DNA of 62,522 nucleotides, filler included, from a bacterium (lineage in GTDB: Bacteria; JALSQH01), in NCBI GenBank assembly GCA_027004335.1. It is 8 parts of 8 records of this genome, joined end to end, with 100 filler letters (N's around TTAATTAATTAA, not from the genome) between each part and the next. Parts side by side here need not be neighbours in the genome. Positions count along the whole stretch, not along the records: positions 16,396 to 31,448 come from JALTID010000022.1; positions 31,549 to 36,803 come from JALTID010000023.1; positions 36,904 to 42,156 come from JALTID010000024.1; 5 more parts are not named here. One strand, given 5' to 3'. The notes beneath the pieces are model-generated. The model was not told where the DNA came from and did no database searches. It saw only the letters and a list, made by a program, of their open reading frames with translations. This document shows, piece by piece, positions 29,977 to 40,667 of this stretch. The translations under genes were made by a program, and so were the position numbers. Numbering within the stretch: position 1 is the stretch's first letter; each line of letters opens with the position of its first letter.

Positions 29977-31333
29977 CTTCTCCCTCCTTCGCTGCTTTTA
30001 AAAGGGCTTTTGCTTTATTTATAGTTTCTTCATACTCTTTTTCGGGAACTGAGTCATAAACAATTCCCGCACCAGCCTGAATAAGGACGGTTGGGCCCTT
30101 TTTAAGAATTGTTCTGATAGTTATGCAGGTGTCCATATTCCTGTTGAAATCTATGTAACCTACTGCCCCAGCGTAGGGACCCCTCTTGTCAGGTTCTAAT
30201 TCTTCAATTATTTCCATTGCCCTGATCTTGGGAGCTCCTGAAACTGTTCCCGCGGGGAAAGTTGAGGCCAATAGCTGCAAAGGTGAGACATCATTTTTAA
30301 GTTCCGATACCACATCAGTAACAATATGCATCACATGGGAGTAATACTCCACCCTGTATGGGTCGACAAGATGTACGCTTCCTGCCCTTGAGACTTTCCC
30401 GAGGTCGTTTCTTGCAAGGTCCACAAGCATCAGATGTTCAGCCCTTTCTTTGGGATCATTTAGAAGGTCTTCTTCTAATTTTTTATCTTCAATAGGATTC
30501 AAACCTCTTCCTCTTGTCCCGGCAATTGGTCTTATCATTGCTTTGTTGCCAATTTTTTTAACATGGACTTCAGGGGAGGAACCGATGAGTTGATGGTCGC
30601 CGAAATTCAGCAGGAACAGATAGGGAGAGGGATTGATCTTTCTTAATCTCCTGTAAAGATCAAGATAGGTGAGGCTGGTTTCAACTGTTAATTTTTGAGA
30701 GAGAACCACCTGGAAAATCTCTCCTGCAATTATGTAATCCTTAGCTTTGCTTACTGCGTTCATAAATTCTTCTCTGGTAAAGTTGGAACTGATTTTTTGC
30801 CCGTTGGTGGAAAGAAATGAAGATGTTTTCACCTGTTTTTTCAGAAGCTCCTTAATCCTGTTTATTTTTTTTGTGGTTTCTCTGTGATTACCCCCGGGGG
30901 GGATCACTCCAGCTATCTTAAGTGAATGGTAGAGATGGTCAAAAATCAGAAAAATCTGAGGGGATACAAGATTTATGTATGGTAAATTCAGGGGGTCAGG
31001 TTTCAGATCAGGAAGTTCTTCAATGTATCTGATGAAATCGTATGAAAAGTAGCCTGCCGGTCCCCCTAAGTATGGTAAATCCCTATCAGTTTCAAAATTG
31101 GAGAGAAATTCTTCAATAAGAGGTAAGGGGTTGGTAGCTCCATATTCATCTTCATTGTCCATATATTTTATGTCCAGAAGTTTTTTGTTCGCTGTGATCT
31201 TTAACCAGGGAAAAAGGCCGATGAAGGAGTATCTACCCATGGTTTCCACTCTGGCAGAGCTTTCCAGGAGAAAAACAGGGTTAAGGGATTGCAGTTTTAG
31301 AAAAACCGAAATGGGGGTTTCAAGGTCTCCATC
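29957..31333 (-). CDS. trpE: Anthranilate synthase component I (true 5' end missing)
   Basis: DLETPIS, LLES, GRYSF, NPSPY, EHLMLVDLARND, GTVSGAPK. Confidence 0.95.
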   Translation of the reverse strand, partial: DGDLETPISVFLKLQSLNPVFLLESSARVETMGRYSFIGLFPWLKITANKKLLDIKYMDNEDEYGATNPLPLIEEFLSNFETDRDLPYLGGPAGYFSYDFIRYIEELPDLKPDPLNLPYINLVSPQIFLIFDHLYHSLKIAGVIPPGGNHRETTKKINRIKELLKKQVKTSSFLSTNGQKISSNFTREEFMNAVSKAKDYIIAGEIFQVVLSQKLTVETSLTYLDLYRRLRKINPSPYLFLLNFGDHQLIGSSPEVHVKKIGNKAMIRPIAGTRGRGLNPIEDKKLEEDLLNDPKERAEHLMLVDLARNDLGKVSRAGSVHLVDPYRVEYYSHVMHIVTDVVSELKNDVSPLQLLASTFPAGTVSGAPKIRAMEIIEELEPDKRGPYAGAVGYIDFNRNMDTCITIRTILKKGPTVLIQAGAGIVYDSVPEKEYEETINKAKALLKAAKEGEDVFDNR

Positions 31334-31448
31334 GATCTCTTCTCGCCCATGGACCGCGGCCTGGATCAGCGCCTGGACCGCGAGCTGGTTGATGCTCCGG
31401 GGACGACCGGCAGAGGCGTTGAAGAGCTGAGTGATCGCTGAGTCGGAG
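31334..31448 (-). other. GC-rich foreign segment encoding an ExeA/AAA-ATPase-like C-terminal fragment
   Basis: Abrupt rise in GC; translates SDSAITQLFNASAGRPRSINQLAVQALIQAA. Confidence 0.6.
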
Positions 31449-31548
31449 NNNNNNNNNNNNNNNNNNNNNNNNNNNNNNNNNNNNNNNNNNNNTTAATTAA
31501 TTAANNNNNNNNNNNNNNNNNNNNNNNNNNNNNNNNNNNNNNNNNNNN
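31449..31548. other. Artificial contig linker
   Basis: N/TTAATTAATTAA/N spacer. Confidence 0.99.
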
Positions 31549-32487
31549 AAGATAATTAACATGAATCCCACTTAAATCCAGTTTAATTTTATTTATTAAT
31601 CTACTTTCACGATAATTATAAAGATAAAGGAGTTTACTACTGGGATGGGAACAGTGAGTGGTGCAAAAGGAGTACTGTTGAGCAATTAAAAAATTTCCAG
31701 TAATAGTTATAAACTTAAATGGTTGCCCCGATGTTTCCATTGTAATTTTTCCCAGATAATTCTCCGGTTCAAGTGATTTATTAAGTTCATTGAAAGTTAA
31801 CTGATCAATTATAATTTCATTGCCTTTAACGAAAGAATATAATAATTGCTGTGATTCATCGTCATAATTCAGGTAATAATATTTTACACCATCAGGGTGA
31901 CTTATTGGGATTTCTTCTCTTGTAACATAATCCTCTATGCAGGATTCTTCCTTTCTCTCACCTTTTTTGCCAAGAAAACCTGAGTTAAACACTTCCAGGA
32001 TCTTTGAACTATTTAGAAGAATCGTGTTAGAATAATATATTGAATAGTGATCGTAGCTACACTTATTTTTGGATGAATTAAGTTTTCCAACTTTTTTCAT
32101 GCTGTCTTCCATAATATCATACAGATACACATATCCACTTTTAGTATCCTCAAGAATAACCCATTTCTTGTTATAAGAGAGGGGTGAAATGCTGTAATAA
32201 TTAAACTCATACACCCCTAATCTCCATTTATAGCTCCCTTTGAAGGTTTTGTGCTTTATCTTGTTTACTCCCCTGTCATCTACACTATAAACATTAATGT
32301 CTGTTGTAAAAACACCATCCTTTCCATTATATACAACTTTAACTGCGTAAAGATTGGAAGTATCCGCCAGAAAAAAGGGAGAATCAAAAACAGGTGGCGT
32401 TGGATAATATGGACAATACTCACAACCACTAAATAAAAGAGTTGCAAAACTCAAGATAAGGACAATAAATGGCTTATTCTGTTTCAT
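31549..32487 (-). CDS. Hypothetical lipoprotein (3' partial)
   Basis: Lipobox LFSGC; beta-rich, AT-rich ORF. Confidence 0.65.
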
Positions 32488-32888
32488 TGATTATTTTCCT
32501 TTTACAAAGAAACAAGAAGAAAAATACTGCTAAAAAAGCAATTAAAATGTCTGAAGGTTCTGTTTCGCTACAACCGCCTTCTTTTATTGACCTTGCGACA
32601 AATATTCCATCTTTTGAGATTATTGACCCTTTATTATGGAGGTCTCTCCCAATAACAATATTTCCCTCTGTTCCCACAATCTTAATTATCCCATCATTGT
32701 GTAGATTGTCACCGATATGGAGATCGGAAATAATCATCGGATCAATTCTTTCACTCGAATGATTACAGCTGTTCCCGGAACAACTATTCTTCCAATCGTT
32801 ATTGTGGGCATATATAGGTCCCGAGAATACTAGAAAGAAAATCACTAATGAATGAGGGGCTAAGTGCTTGAAATTTAAGAACTTTCAT
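32474..32888 (-). pseudogene. Small secreted protein with GGC-type C-terminal sorting signal; 1-nt frameshift near the start
   Basis: SD GGAGGT + ATG 32888 is out of frame with the body, which ends GGCSETEPSD-TM-KRK. Confidence 0.55.
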
Positions 32889-32955
32889 GACCACCTCCCT
32901 ATTTCAATTTCTGCTTTAATTTTTGCACAATTTTGCCTGAATGTCAATAGATTGA

Positions 32956-32995
32956 CTTTTCCTGGTTAAGACATCTTCCCCACCCTGAGTTAAAA
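32956..32995 (+). repeat. Dispersed repeat, copy C (shorter)
   Basis: 35/40 identical by hand to the start of copy B. Confidence 0.85.
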
Positions 32996-33036
32996 ATCTT
33001 TAGCAGTGGTGTCGCTTAGAATTTGAAGCAAATGAA

Positions 33037-33439
33037 TCACTGTGTCGGTAATCTTTTCAACACAAACTCTTTTATTTCTTCTGCCATTTTGATAGCCTCT
33101 TTTGCTTCTTCAAGTGTAGGCTCTTCGCTAACTAGAGGATATCGTACCTCAACAGCGTAGTCAGTTAACCTATCACCAAACTCCAATATCTGTAGGAAAT
33201 CTTTATCAACAGCTGACGCTATCCCTATTAATTCTCCCAGATCATGGGTCTTTTCAAATTCTAATTCGCCATAAGTAAGAAACGCTTTAATGTATTTTTC
33301 AGCCGATTGTTGTGCATGGAAACATACCACATCAAGAGGAGGAGATTTACCAACATTTATCATATGCTTTGCTGTTAAAAGATCGTTTTCAACTTTCTTT
33401 ATCCAGGCACCAACCAGTTCAATCTTTTTTTTCTTTCAT
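33037..33439 (-). pseudogene. HEPN-domain protein, frameshifted in an A8 tract
   Basis: WIKKVENDL, CFHAQQSAEKYIKA, KTHDL, YAVEVRYP. ATG 33439 hits a stop at codon 7 unless one A is removed. Confidence 0.8.
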
Positions 33440-33767
33440 AAATTACTTTACCTTTATTAACCACAGTTGATAAAAATGCTCCCTTAACATCTTTCCAGTC
33501 CTCTATCTCATTTTCAGTTGCAACAATAATATCCTTGGCAATAAGAAACTTCCTTAAAGCCTTCCTTATCCTGAATCTTATTTCTCTTCTTTTTTCTTTT
33601 AGTTCACCTACGATCACAAGTAAATCCAGATCACTATCCTGTGTAGGATGTCCATAAGCATAAGAACCAAAAAGAATTATTTTTTCAGGATTCACTGCCG
33701 CTACAATTCTATCAACTATTTCCCGAAGAAGTTCTTCATCGACTTCAGAAACTTTGACTAATTCCAT
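33399..33767 (-). CDS. Minimal nucleotidyltransferase (MNT antitoxin)
   Basis: IILFGSYAYG...DSDLDLLVI, GKVIYE. Confidence 0.92.
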   Translation of the reverse strand: MELVKVSEVDEELLREIVDRIVAAVNPEKIILFGSYAYGHPTQDSDLDLLVIVGELKEKRREIRFRIRKALRKFLIAKDIIVATENEIEDWKDVKGAFLSTVVNKGKVIYERKKRLNWLVPG

Positions 33768-33889
33768 AAATATTACCTTTCTTTTTAATTATGACAGAAA
33801 ATTGGATGGTAATCAAAAAATTCGCCATCTCATTTTTCGCCTTATAACCTTCCTGATAATCCATAAACTTTCCCAAAAAGGAAGATATT

Positions 33890-34081
33890 ATGTTTGATCT
33901 TAAACATCCACATGATTCATTTTTTAAACATCTCATGAGTAACCCTCAAAATGTGAGGGATTTTATAAAAGCATTTTTACCAGCAAAGATTGTGAGGAAT
34001 CTTGATCTTGAGAATCTGAAGATAATTGATACGGAGAAAATAGATAAAAGATATAAACGATACTACCTTGATATTTCCTGA
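33890..34081 (+). pseudogene. Rpn/YhgA-like PD-(D/E)XK nuclease, N-terminal fragment
   Basis: HPHDSFFK..MS....RDFI..FLP..I...LDL; stops after 63 aa. Confidence 0.82.
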
Positions 34082-34082
34082 T

Positions 34083-34111
34083 GTAGGGGGTGCACAGCCG
34101 TGCGCCCCTTC
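34083..34111 (+). repeat. GTAG-type REP-like palindrome
   Basis: GTAGGGGGTGCACAGCCGTGCGCCCCTTC, a GC-rich hairpin in AT-rich DNA. Confidence 0.7.
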
Positions 34112-34220
34112 CCGGGTATCATAAGAATTCAACAATTCAAGATTCCCACAATTGTGTCAACGGCTTTTGGGTCACAGCCTCCTTTGCCCTCTCTCTTACT
34201 CTGTATATAATGGAAAGATA

Positions 34221-35222
34221 ATGAAAGAAAAAAGTATCAGTCAGCAGGAGATTCTTAATTTTCTTGAAAACCTATCTCCCGAAGAGTTTCCTCCGCCACC
34301 TGAGATTATATATAAACTGGAGGAGATTAATTCCCACGAAGGAATGACAGCACTTTTTAAAATTGCCACAAAACTGCGAGAAAAAAAATTTGGTAAAAAG
34401 ATTGAATTCTGCGCTATTGCAAATGCCAAATCTGGGCTATGCCCGGAAGATTGTGCCTTTTGTGCTCAATCATCAAGATCAAAGGCAAAAATTGATATTT
34501 ATCCACTCATTGAACCTGAGAAAATTTTAAAAAAAGCTCTGGTCGCTAAAAAAGGAAGAGCTAAAAGATTCTCCATTGTAACCAGTGGAAGAGGAGAATT
34601 CACCAGAAAAGAAAAATTAAAGATCCTTAAAGCAGTGGAACTGATCAGGGAAAAAGCAGATATGCTTCCAGATGCATCACTGGGAATTGTGGAAAGAAAT
34701 TTTTTAAAAGACCTGAAAAAAGCTGGGCTAACCCGTTATCACAACAACCTTGAAACATCCAGATCATTTTTTCCCAGAATAGTAACCACCCATAAGCAGG
34801 AAGATAAAATAAAGACACTATCAGTGGCAAAAGAGGTGGGACTGGAGATCTGTTCCGGCGGTATCATTGGAATGGGGGAAGCATTTGAGCAGAGGATTGA
34901 GTTAGCTTTTCAACTAAGAGAATTAGATGTGGATTCAGTACCAATAAATTTCCTCCATCCCATCCCGGGGACTCCTCTGGAAAATGCTCATTATTTAACA
35001 CCTATTGATGCACTGAAAACTGTTGCTGTTTTTAGAATGATTTTGCCAGACAAACATATTCTCATAGCGGGAGGTAGAGAATACCTGATGAAAGACCTTC
35101 AATCACTCCTGCTATTATCAGGAATTTCTGGTTTAATGGTGGGTAACTACCTCACAACCCGGGGAAGAGATTTTAAAGATGATATAAAAATGGTTGAAGA
35201 ACTGGGACTTGACATAATATGA
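34221..35222 (+). CDS. bioB: Biotin synthase
   Basis: CPEDCAFCAQS radical SAM motif, HNNLETS, CSGGIIGMGE, SVPINFL, GNYLTT. Start set at ATG 34221. Confidence 0.96.
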   Translation: MKEKSISQQEILNFLENLSPEEFPPPPEIIYKLEEINSHEGMTALFKIATKLREKKFGKKIEFCAIANAKSGLCPEDCAFCAQSSRSKAKIDIYPLIEPEKILKKALVAKKGRAKRFSIVTSGRGEFTRKEKLKILKAVELIREKADMLPDASLGIVERNFLKDLKKAGLTRYHNNLETSRSFFPRIVTTHKQEDKIKTLSVAKEVGLEICSGGIIGMGEAFEQRIELAFQLRELDVDSVPINFLHPIPGTPLENAHYLTPIDALKTVAVFRMILPDKHILIAGGREYLMKDLQSLLLLSGISGLMVGNYLTTRGRDFKDDIKMVEELGLDII

Positions 35223-36409
35223 GCTGGCTTGAAGAATTTCTTAAGAATTCTCTATTACAAATAAGAAAAAATAAACTCTTTCGGGAATTAAGAGAGGTCT
35301 CAACCTCCCAGGGAGCAAGAATTGTTATTAATGGGAAGGAGGTCGTAAATTTCTCATCCAACGATTACCTCGGCCTCGCAAGTCATCCGGAAGTCATACA
35401 GGCACTTATTGATTCAGCGAAAGAATGGGGGGTCGGTTCAGGAGCTGCAAGACTCATAGTGGGAAATCATTCTCCCCATATCCAGCTTGAAAAATTCCTT
35501 GCAGAATTCAAGGAAAAAGAAGCAGCTTTAGTTTTTAATACAGGCTACCACGCTAACACCGGGATAATTTCAGCAATTATGAATAGAGAAGGAGCAATCT
35601 TCAGTGACGAGTTAAATCATGCTTCAATAATTGATGGTTGCAGGCTTAGCAAAACGGAGGTAAAAATTTTTAGACACAGGGATATGGAACATCTTGAAAA
35701 ACTCCTTCGGGAAAGCAGAGCAGAGAAAAAATTAATTGTAACTGATTCTGTTTTCAGCATGGATGGTGACCTCGCTCCACTCCCTGAACTTGTTGAGCTT
35801 GCAGCAAAATATGATGCCGCTGTGATGGTTGATGAGGCACATGCAACAGGAGTTTTTGGCCCAGAGGGAAGAGGCCTTGCATTTCACCACAATTTACAGA
35901 ATAAAATTGAGATCCATATGGGCACACTGGGTAAAGCTGTGGGAATTGCCGGGGGATATGTGGCAGGATCAAAGGCTCTCATAGATTTTCTTATCAACAA
36001 AAGCAGAAGTTTTATTTTTACCACAGGCTACCCTCCAGCACTGGCAGATGCCATTATTCAGGCACTAAAAATTATTAAAACTGATGATAAAAGAAGAGAG
36101 AAGCTCTGGGAAAATGTAAAGTTTTTCCAGAAAAAAGCAGAAGAACTATTCCAGACAGAAATAAAAATTGAATCACCCATTATCCCCATAGTAATTGGAG
36201 ACCCTGAAGATACCATGAGAATTTCCAGGTATCTATTTGTAAAAGGATTCTTCACAGGAGCAGTAAGACCCCCCACGGTTCCACCAGGTACCTCCCGTCT
36301 TAGAATATCTCTTATGGCAACCCATACAGAAGAGGAAGTTGAGTTATTTTTGAATACCCTGAAAAAAGCAGAATCTGAAATGAGACTGAATTTCAGGATA
36401 GGAAACTAA
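35219..36409 (+). CDS. bioF: 8-amino-7-oxononanoate synthase
   Basis: SNDYLGLA, NHASIIDG, DEAH, GTLGKA, RPPTVP. Confidence 0.93.
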   Translation: MSWLEEFLKNSLLQIRKNKLFRELREVSTSQGARIVINGKEVVNFSSNDYLGLASHPEVIQALIDSAKEWGVGSGAARLIVGNHSPHIQLEKFLAEFKEKEAALVFNTGYHANTGIISAIMNREGAIFSDELNHASIIDGCRLSKTEVKIFRHRDMEHLEKLLRESRAEKKLIVTDSVFSMDGDLAPLPELVELAAKYDAAVMVDEAHATGVFGPEGRGLAFHHNLQNKIEIHMGTLGKAVGIAGGYVAGSKALIDFLINKSRSFIFTTGYPPALADAIIQALKIIKTDDKRREKLWENVKFFQKKAEELFQTEIKIESPIIPIVIGDPEDTMRISRYLFVKGFFTGAVRPPTVPPGTSRLRISLMATHTEEEVELFLNTLKKAESEMRLNFRIGN

Positions 36410-36543
36410 AATTCCCAAAATAGTTTTATCTGATACATAGAGGATGAAAACCTAACTGTGTGGGAGGTGGTGTATGAATATGGCAAACAGAGTACAAACA
36501 CTTATATCTTGAAGGGTGCATGGCTGTGGCAAAATCTATTTCC

Positions 36544-36569
36544 AGAGGCACACGGCCGTGCGCCTCTAC
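36544..36569 (-). repeat. GTAG-type REP-like palindrome, second copy
   Basis: Minus strand GTAGAGGCGCACGGCCGTGTGCCTCT. Confidence 0.7.
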
Positions 36570-36651
36570 AGCAGTCCATGGAAAATTCGTGTATCCAATT
36601 TTCTTGCAATCTTTCTAATAATTCATAAACTTTCCTAAAAGGATAGATATC

Positions 36652-36803
36652 ATGTTTGATCTTAAACACCCACACGATTCATTCTTTAAACATTTGATGG
36701 GTAATCCTCAAAATGTAAAAGATTTCATAGAGGCATTCTTGCCAGAGGAAATTGTAAGGAATCTTGACCTTGAGAATCTAAAGATAATTGACACAGAGAA
36801 GAT
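36652..36803 (+). CDS. Rpn/YhgA-like nuclease (cut by contig end)
   Basis: Near-identical protein start to 33890; upstream ~40 nt also similar. Confidence 0.82.
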
Positions 36804-36903
36804 NNNNNNNNNNNNNNNNNNNNNNNNNNNNNNNNNNNNNNNNNNNNTTAATTAATTAANNNNNNNNNNNNNNNNNNNNNNNNNNNNNNNNNNNNNNNNN
36901 NNN
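36804..36903. other. Artificial contig linker
   Basis: N/TTAATTAATTAA/N spacer. Confidence 0.99.
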
Positions 36904-36904
36904 A

Positions 36905-37780
36905 AATAGAGAGTGGGTATATCTTCTTCTGAGTCTCTACGCTTTTTTCAGGGCACCACTTATCCCCCTGATGAATTCCCTGACTTTCCTGTTTCTCGGA
37001 AAAAAGATAGAGAATTTCACCTTAATAAGGGTATGGGGTTCAATTGGATTTATTGTAACAGCTCTAACTGTGGGGAAGCTTCTACAGAAACTTTCAGTGG
37101 TAATCTTTTTCCCTGTTTTTATGGCTACAATTATCTTTGCAAATATGATAGTGGCTTTTCTATTCCCTGATCTTGAACCTCCTGCCAGAGGTAAGTCACG
37201 AAAGAATCTTGTAAGACTTCTGACAAACAGGAATTTCCTCTATTTTATACTTGTTTCAATGATAAGTAGAATTGCTGATGGTCCATATTACAGTTTTTTT
37301 TCGCTACATTTAAAAAATCTCGGATTTGGAGAGGGCTTCATCGGGATCGCTTGGTCTGTTGGAGTAGTTGCTGAAGTTGGGATTTTTCTCATTGCTCCCT
37401 ACTTTCTCAGAAGATTCTCCAATAGAGCTATTCTGTATGTGGCATATTTCGCAGGTGTGATAAGATGGTCCCTGGTGGCACTATTTGCGCAACCTGCTAT
37501 CCTTCTTTTTTCTCAGCTTTTTCATGGTCTTACCTTCGGCGCCTTTTATGCAGCTTCTGTTAGCTATGTGGAGAGAAGTAATCCTCCAGAGTTTCGTGCC
37601 ACAGCACAATCAGTTTTTGCTTCATTTGCTTTTAATTTAGGAGTACTGTTAGGTTATCTCTATTCAGGGCCTGTTATGGAGCACTATGGAGCAAAGGTCC
37701 TATTCCTCTCTGCTGCGGGAATATCTCTTGTTGCCACTCTGATGCTCACAAGAGTTAAAAAACCTGTGAAGGTGGGATAG
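36905..37780 (+). CDS. MFS transporter (HcaT/LacY-like; 5' partial)
   Basis: IRVWGSIGF, WSVGVVAEV, QLFHGLTFG; multiple TM helices. Confidence 0.88.
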   Translation, partial: NREWVYLLLSLYAFFRAPLIPLMNSLTFLFLGKKIENFTLIRVWGSIGFIVTALTVGKLLQKLSVVIFFPVFMATIIFANMIVAFLFPDLEPPARGKSRKNLVRLLTNRNFLYFILVSMISRIADGPYYSFFSLHLKNLGFGEGFIGIAWSVGVVAEVGIFLIAPYFLRRFSNRAILYVAYFAGVIRWSLVALFAQPAILLFSQLFHGLTFGAFYAASVSYVERSNPPEFRATAQSVFASFAFNLGVLLGYLYSGPVMEHYGAKVLFLSAAGISLVATLMLTRVKKPVKVG

Positions 37781-38100
37781 GAGATATGAACCATTTTGTG
37801 CATGTTGATCAGTTCAACGGATACTACAATCTTTAAAAAAAATGGGTAGATGGTAACCTCCTCCACCTGTCCAACATTACTTGTTGACCTCGTCAGCGAA
37901 CAATCCCTTGCACTTTTTCTTAATGTTAAGCTCAATAAGTCCCCGAAAAGATGATTCTATCCATTTCTGTATCCTTCCCCACCCAGAAATCAAACAATGC
38001 CTCAACGGGATGGAGAGAAAATAAGTAACAACCTTGACAAGATTTTAAGAAATCAATTACAATTGACAAGTATAAATAATAAGATAAGAAGGAGAATACA

Positions 38101-38928
38101 ATGAAAAAAATAATAGTATTTTTATTCATTTTCATAGTAACAACCCCTCTTTACTCTTTTAACTACAAAGAATATGACCTAACTTTACCTGTGACAGTAA
38201 AAATTAAACCCACTCTCAACGATCTTGAAAATCCTGCTTATATTAAGAACGTAATTAAGCAATTAAATCTGGAAATTAAAAAAAATCCATACAACTACAA
38301 ACTCCACCAGCTCAGAAACATGTACAGTTACCTTTTATGGGATTCCTCTCCTGAACCAACCAAAGAAATAATATCAAGAGTGGGGCTTGAATACGCATTA
38401 GATACAATTAGACATTTTCCCAATAGGCCGGATGGGTACCTCTGGAAAGGAATATTCCTAGGAATCTATGGCCTGAGCGTAGGGGTATTAAATGTAGTAG
38501 GAAGTGCTCCCCAAATGAAGAGAGCTTTACTCAAGTCATACAAAATGGATAAAAAATACTTTTACTCTCACGCAGCGTTTGTTTTAGGAAGAATGTATTT
38601 TAAATTACCCTCTTTTCCAATAAGCTTCGGAGATGTAAACAAAGCAGAAAAATATATAAGAGAAGCACTATCACTTAATGATCACTATGTACTACCATAT
38701 GTATTTTTGGCAGAAGTCCTCGTATATAAAGAGAAGAAGAAAGAGGCTATGGACACTTTAAATAAGATTCCTAAAGTAAAATCAGAAACATGGTATCAAA
38801 AAGTAATTAAAGTCTGGACTGTAAGAGAACTGGACAGTATAAAAAGGCACCTCTTTTCTCCAGATTGGAATAGATACAAATATGATTTCATGACAGATCC
38901 CGCAAGACATCCCCAGAATCAGGAATGA
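38101..38928 (+). CDS. Secreted TPR-like protein
   Basis: Signal peptide; helical repeats (DGYLWKG, LGRMYFKLP...GDVNKAEKY). Confidence 0.7.
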   Translation: MKKIIVFLFIFIVTTPLYSFNYKEYDLTLPVTVKIKPTLNDLENPAYIKNVIKQLNLEIKKNPYNYKLHQLRNMYSYLLWDSSPEPTKEIISRVGLEYALDTIRHFPNRPDGYLWKGIFLGIYGLSVGVLNVVGSAPQMKRALLKSYKMDKKYFYSHAAFVLGRMYFKLPSFPISFGDVNKAEKYIREALSLNDHYVLPYVFLAEVLVYKEKKKEAMDTLNKIPKVKSETWYQKVIKVWTVRELDSIKRHLFSPDWNRYKYDFMTDPARHPQNQE

Positions 38929-39107
38929 TAACTTACTCCATCTATTGGCATTTTGTTTTAGCAAAACCTCATCAAATTGCAGCTATTATCAAATCCTACC
39001 ATGGTGGATTTGGCCCATAAATGTAAAGACCTGGTCAGCTGGAAATAAAATTTTACTTTGCAAATCCTCCTATAATTGATAAAATCTTAACAACTTAAAT
39101 TGGGGGA

Positions 39108-40664
39108 ATGCTTATGAAGAGAAAAGCTCTTGTAAGTGTCTCAAATAAGGAAGGAATCGTAGAATTTGCAAAAAAATTAAAGGAGCTGGACTTTGATATT
39201 ATCTCCACAGGAGGAACGGCAAAAACTCTTCAGAAAAATGGAATGGATGTTATAGAAGTTTCAGCATATACAGGATTTCCAGAGATGCTGGATGGGAGAG
39301 TAAAAACCCTGCATCCCAAGATCCACGCAGGGATCCTTGCTATGAGAGATAGAAAAGAGCATCTTGAAAGTATAGCAACCCATGGTATAGAACTCCTTGA
39401 TCTGGTTGCGGTAAATCTCTATCCATTCCGTGAAACCATCAGAAAATCCGACATAACCCTTGAACAGGCTATAGAACAGATTGACATAGGTGGTCCTACC
39501 CTGATAAGAGCAGCAGCCAAAAACTACAGGTATGTCACAGTAGTGGTGGATCCCGCTGACTACGACCCTGTAATAAATGAAATTAAAGAAAAGGGGAACA
39601 CATCTCTTTCAACAAGATTCAAACTTGCCATGAAGGTTTTTCAGCATACAGCCGTATATGATTCAGCCATTGCACAGTACCTCTCTTCTCGTGACTATGA
39701 AAATAATGTTAAAGAATGGCCAGATTCTTATTTTCTAAATGTGTTTTTAAAACAGCCTCTCCGTTACGGTGAAAACCCCCATCAAAAAGCTGCATTTTAT
39801 ATGGAGGAGAATCCTCCTCTTTTTTCTCTTGCGAAAGCAGAACAGTACCAGGGAAAGGAGCTTTCTTTTAACAATATCGTTGATGCCGAAGCAGCTTTCA
39901 GATTGATTTCGGAATTTAAAGAAGGTTACGCCGTTGCAGGAATAAAGCATACCAATCCCTGTGGGCTCGGTTTGAGTGAGAATAGTCAACTTGAGGCTTT
40001 TAAAAAGGCAAGAGAGGGAGACCCTGTTTCCATTTTTGGAGGGATTGTTGCTTTTAACAAACCGGTAGAAGCAGAGGTGGCAAAAGAACTGATCTCCATG
40101 TTTCTTGAAGTGATAATTGCCCCAGGATATACTCCAGAGGCTCTTGAAATCTTCTCCTCCAAGAAAAACCTCAGGGTCCTTGAACTACCACTGATAGAAA
40201 AACCTCAAGGGTACGATATAAGAAGAGTAACTGGAGGAGTTCTTATCCAGGAGTGGGATGATATTGATTTAGATAAAAACAATCTCAAAGTTGTAACTAA
40301 AAGGGGACCAACTGATGATGAAATGGAAGCTCTTCGATTTGCATGGAAAGTGGTAAAGCATGTGAAATCCAATGCAATAGTGGTTGCCAAAAAAGATATG
40401 GTCCTTGGAGTAGGTGCAGGGCAGATGAGCAGGGTTGATTCTGTAAAAATAGCAATAGAAAAAGCAGGAGACAAAGTTAAAGGGGCAGTGCTGGCATCGG
40501 ATGCTTTTTTCCCTTTCAGAGACAGCATAGATGCAGCACATGAAGCAGGGATCACAGCTCTAATAGAACCTGGAGGGTCAATAAGAGATCAGGAGGTTAT
40601 AGACGCCGCTAATGAACATAATATTGCAATAGTATTTACTGGTATAAGACATTTCAAGCACTGA
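39108..40664 (+). CDS. purH: Bifunctional AICAR transformylase / IMP cyclohydrolase
   Basis: [46 protein letters not shown]. Confidence 0.98.
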   Translation: MLMKRKALVSVSNKEGIVEFAKKLKELDFDIISTGGTAKTLQKNGMDVIEVSAYTGFPEMLDGRVKTLHPKIHAGILAMRDRKEHLESIATHGIELLDLVAVNLYPFRETIRKSDITLEQAIEQIDIGGPTLIRAAAKNYRYVTVVVDPADYDPVINEIKEKGNTSLSTRFKLAMKVFQHTAVYDSAIAQYLSSRDYENNVKEWPDSYFLNVFLKQPLRYGENPHQKAAFYMEENPPLFSLAKAEQYQGKELSFNNIVDAEAAFRLISEFKEGYAVAGIKHTNPCGLGLSENSQLEAFKKAREGDPVSIFGGIVAFNKPVEAEVAKELISMFLEVIIAPGYTPEALEIFSSKKNLRVLELPLIEKPQGYDIRRVTGGVLIQEWDDIDLDKNNLKVVTKRGPTDDEMEALRFAWKVVKHVKSNAIVVAKKDMVLGVGAGQMSRVDSVKIAIEKAGDKVKGAVLASDAFFPFRDSIDAAHEAGITALIEPGGSIRDQEVIDAANEHNIAIVFTGIRHFKH

Positions 40665-40667
40665 GGA

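Noticed and set aside
37684-38135. Minus-strand ORFs between the MFS and TPR genes
   Set aside because: They overlap real genes at each end and show no recognisable family; possibly decayed DNA but unsupported.
38930-39107. ZMP/ZTP or purine riboswitch upstream of purH
   Set aside because: Only one short hairpin (about 38990-39013); aptamer consensus not recognisable, and the likely promoter lies downstream of it.
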